Assembly (NCBI RefSeq): GCF_001194135.2
Contig: NC_069003.1
Location: 33,383,853-33,447,852, forward strand
Direction: 5' to 3'
DNA from: Octopus bimaculoides
Lineage: Eukaryota
DNA: 64,000 bases
Shown: piece after piece, positions 63,201 through 64,000 of the stretch
How the letters are laid out: every line of letters starts with the position of its first letter
Numbering within the stretch: the stretch's first letter is position 1
The notes under the pieces: generated by a model
The model's input: the letters and a program-made list of their open reading frames with translations, nothing else
Database searches by the model: none
Told to the model about the DNA's origin: nothing
Made by a program: the position numbers and the translations under genes

Positions 63201-63552
63201 GAGCACCGACATCAGCAATGAAGAGGACAATAATGACAACAGCGACAACGGGAATAAAGAAGAGGAGACCATCATCACCCTCGGAGCTGATACAAGCATT
63301 GCTGTAGCCACCACTGATGGGGTTCTGCCAAGAATAGCTGCCGAAGCTCTTCACAGTTTGTCCAATGCTGTCTTCACTGGACAAGGAGACAGTATCCGGG
63401 TGCCTGAAATACATCCAACTGTTGTCGAAGAAGATGGCCATACAGTTGTCATACTACAGTTTGTGAACCAGACAGAAGAGGGCGAAGAGGAGACAGTGAT
63501 ATGTGGACAGGAAGTTGAAACTGCAGTTGCAGAGGCCAGCAAGATCATTTGA
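54260..63552 (+). CDS. PRDM15: PRDM10/15-like PR/SET-domain zinc-finger protein, about 2019 aa; coding exons 54260-54275, 55130-55400, 56621-56783, 57580-57826, 58190-63552
   Basis: Phase-consistent GT-AG exons totalling 6060 nt. PR knuckle CDVCGGDHLTEECPELG; PR domain ARLTLP...TQFGPFEARR...DTSNENDCNWM...LKVWYA..YAKK; 23 zinc fingers; two AT-hooks. Family is clear; 10 versus 15 orthology is inference. Confidence 0.88.
54400..54650. repeat. Degenerate about 27-bp minisatellite in PRDM intron
   Basis: Repeated ccattaaattgaat...catgactatca units. Confidence 0.75.
55130..55400 (+). CDS. PRDM15: PRDM10/15-like exon: Ala/Thr-rich segment plus PR zinc knuckle
   Basis: ctcaacag acceptor, AA|gtaagg donor. 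Confidence 0.88.
55637..55887 (-). mobile_element. Mariner MITE (Hsmar/MADE-like TIRs)
   Basis: TA|ttgggttggtgcataattattgc ... gcaataattatgcaccaacccaa|TA; carries transposase end RLPSKWEAVIEVDGEY. Confidence 0.88.
56621..56783 (+). CDS. PRDM15: PRDM10/15-like exon: PR/SET N-half
   Basis: ctgtcag acceptor, AAG|gtaatt donor; TQFGPFE motif. Confidence 0.92.
57580..57826 (+). CDS. PRDM15: PRDM10/15-like exon: PR/SET C-half
   Basis: taacag acceptor, G|gtaaga donor; NWM...QN..AYQ...ELKVWY-type motifs. Confidence 0.92.
58190..63552 (+). CDS. PRDM15: PRDM10/15-like giant terminal coding exon (3+20 zinc fingers, acidic linker, AT-hooks)
   Basis: (t)n-cag acceptor; 1787-codon open frame to TGA. Confidence 0.93.
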
Positions 63553-63965
63553 GGGACTGGTTACGTCAGTTGTATATGTGTTTCACTGGATAACCACGAG
63601 TGTATATATGCCAGTAATTGCGTATCATTGCATGAGTGTGCGTGCGTTTTTTTTTTTGTTTGTTTTGTTTTTTCTTCAGTTGTTGTGTAATTCTGTTTGT
63701 GTTTAAGCGTGTGCATAATTGTGCATACATTCATGTGAGAGAGACAAACAGACACTAAAAGAGAGCTGCTGTGTAATTGTGTATGCTAATGAATATGCAA
63801 ATGATGTTTGCAGATGCATATCTGTGTGTGTGTGTGTGTGAGCTAGCACGTAAGAGTGTGTATTGCATGATCTTGTCTTCTAGGTGTTTGTATTTTAGCG
63901 GCAGTGTGCAGCAGATGTGTTACATTACTACATGTTCATGCACTCTGGGCTGTGGCTCAGAGGCA

Positions 63966-64000
<35 letters not shown>

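Noticed and set aside
59535-63551. Numerous antisense and alternate-frame ORFs over the PRDM giant exon
   Set aside because: Shadow ORFs of a long, more GC-rich coding exon; no independent motifs

Overview
AT-rich, repeat-dense eukaryotic genomic DNA with several N-gaps. The microsatellite/SINE landscape resembles an Octopus-type cephalopod genome (inference, no taxonomic marker seen). Reading splice signals by hand gives three host genes. (1) A minus-strand TDRD7/tapas-like piRNA-pathway gene with ATG at 27947, 23 phase-compatible exons, running off the left edge: LOTUS, dsRBD-like, LOTUS, Tudor, Tudor. (2) An intronless-CDS minus-strand HYLS1 centriole gene (41862-43163). (3) A plus-strand PRDM10/15-like PR/SET zinc-finger gene (54260-63552, about 2019 aa, 23 zinc fingers all in one 5.36-kb exon). 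Between HYLS1 and the PRDM gene is the most interesting structure: an intact Merlin/IS1595-family DDE transposase ORF (46670-47557) inside about 210-bp degenerate inverted repeats. The right repeat is split by a Helitron-like insertion that itself carries a Tc1/mariner element. The ORF has a plausible splice link to the CpG-rich region upstream of HYLS1, so it is a candidate domesticated transposase. Also present: a hammerhead-ribozyme-like Penelope-type palindrome downstream of HYLS1, fold-back SINE hairpins in introns, and many TE remnants (RTE and R4-like LINEs, mariner, pogo/Tigger, Helitron, hAT and piggyBac-type MITEs).
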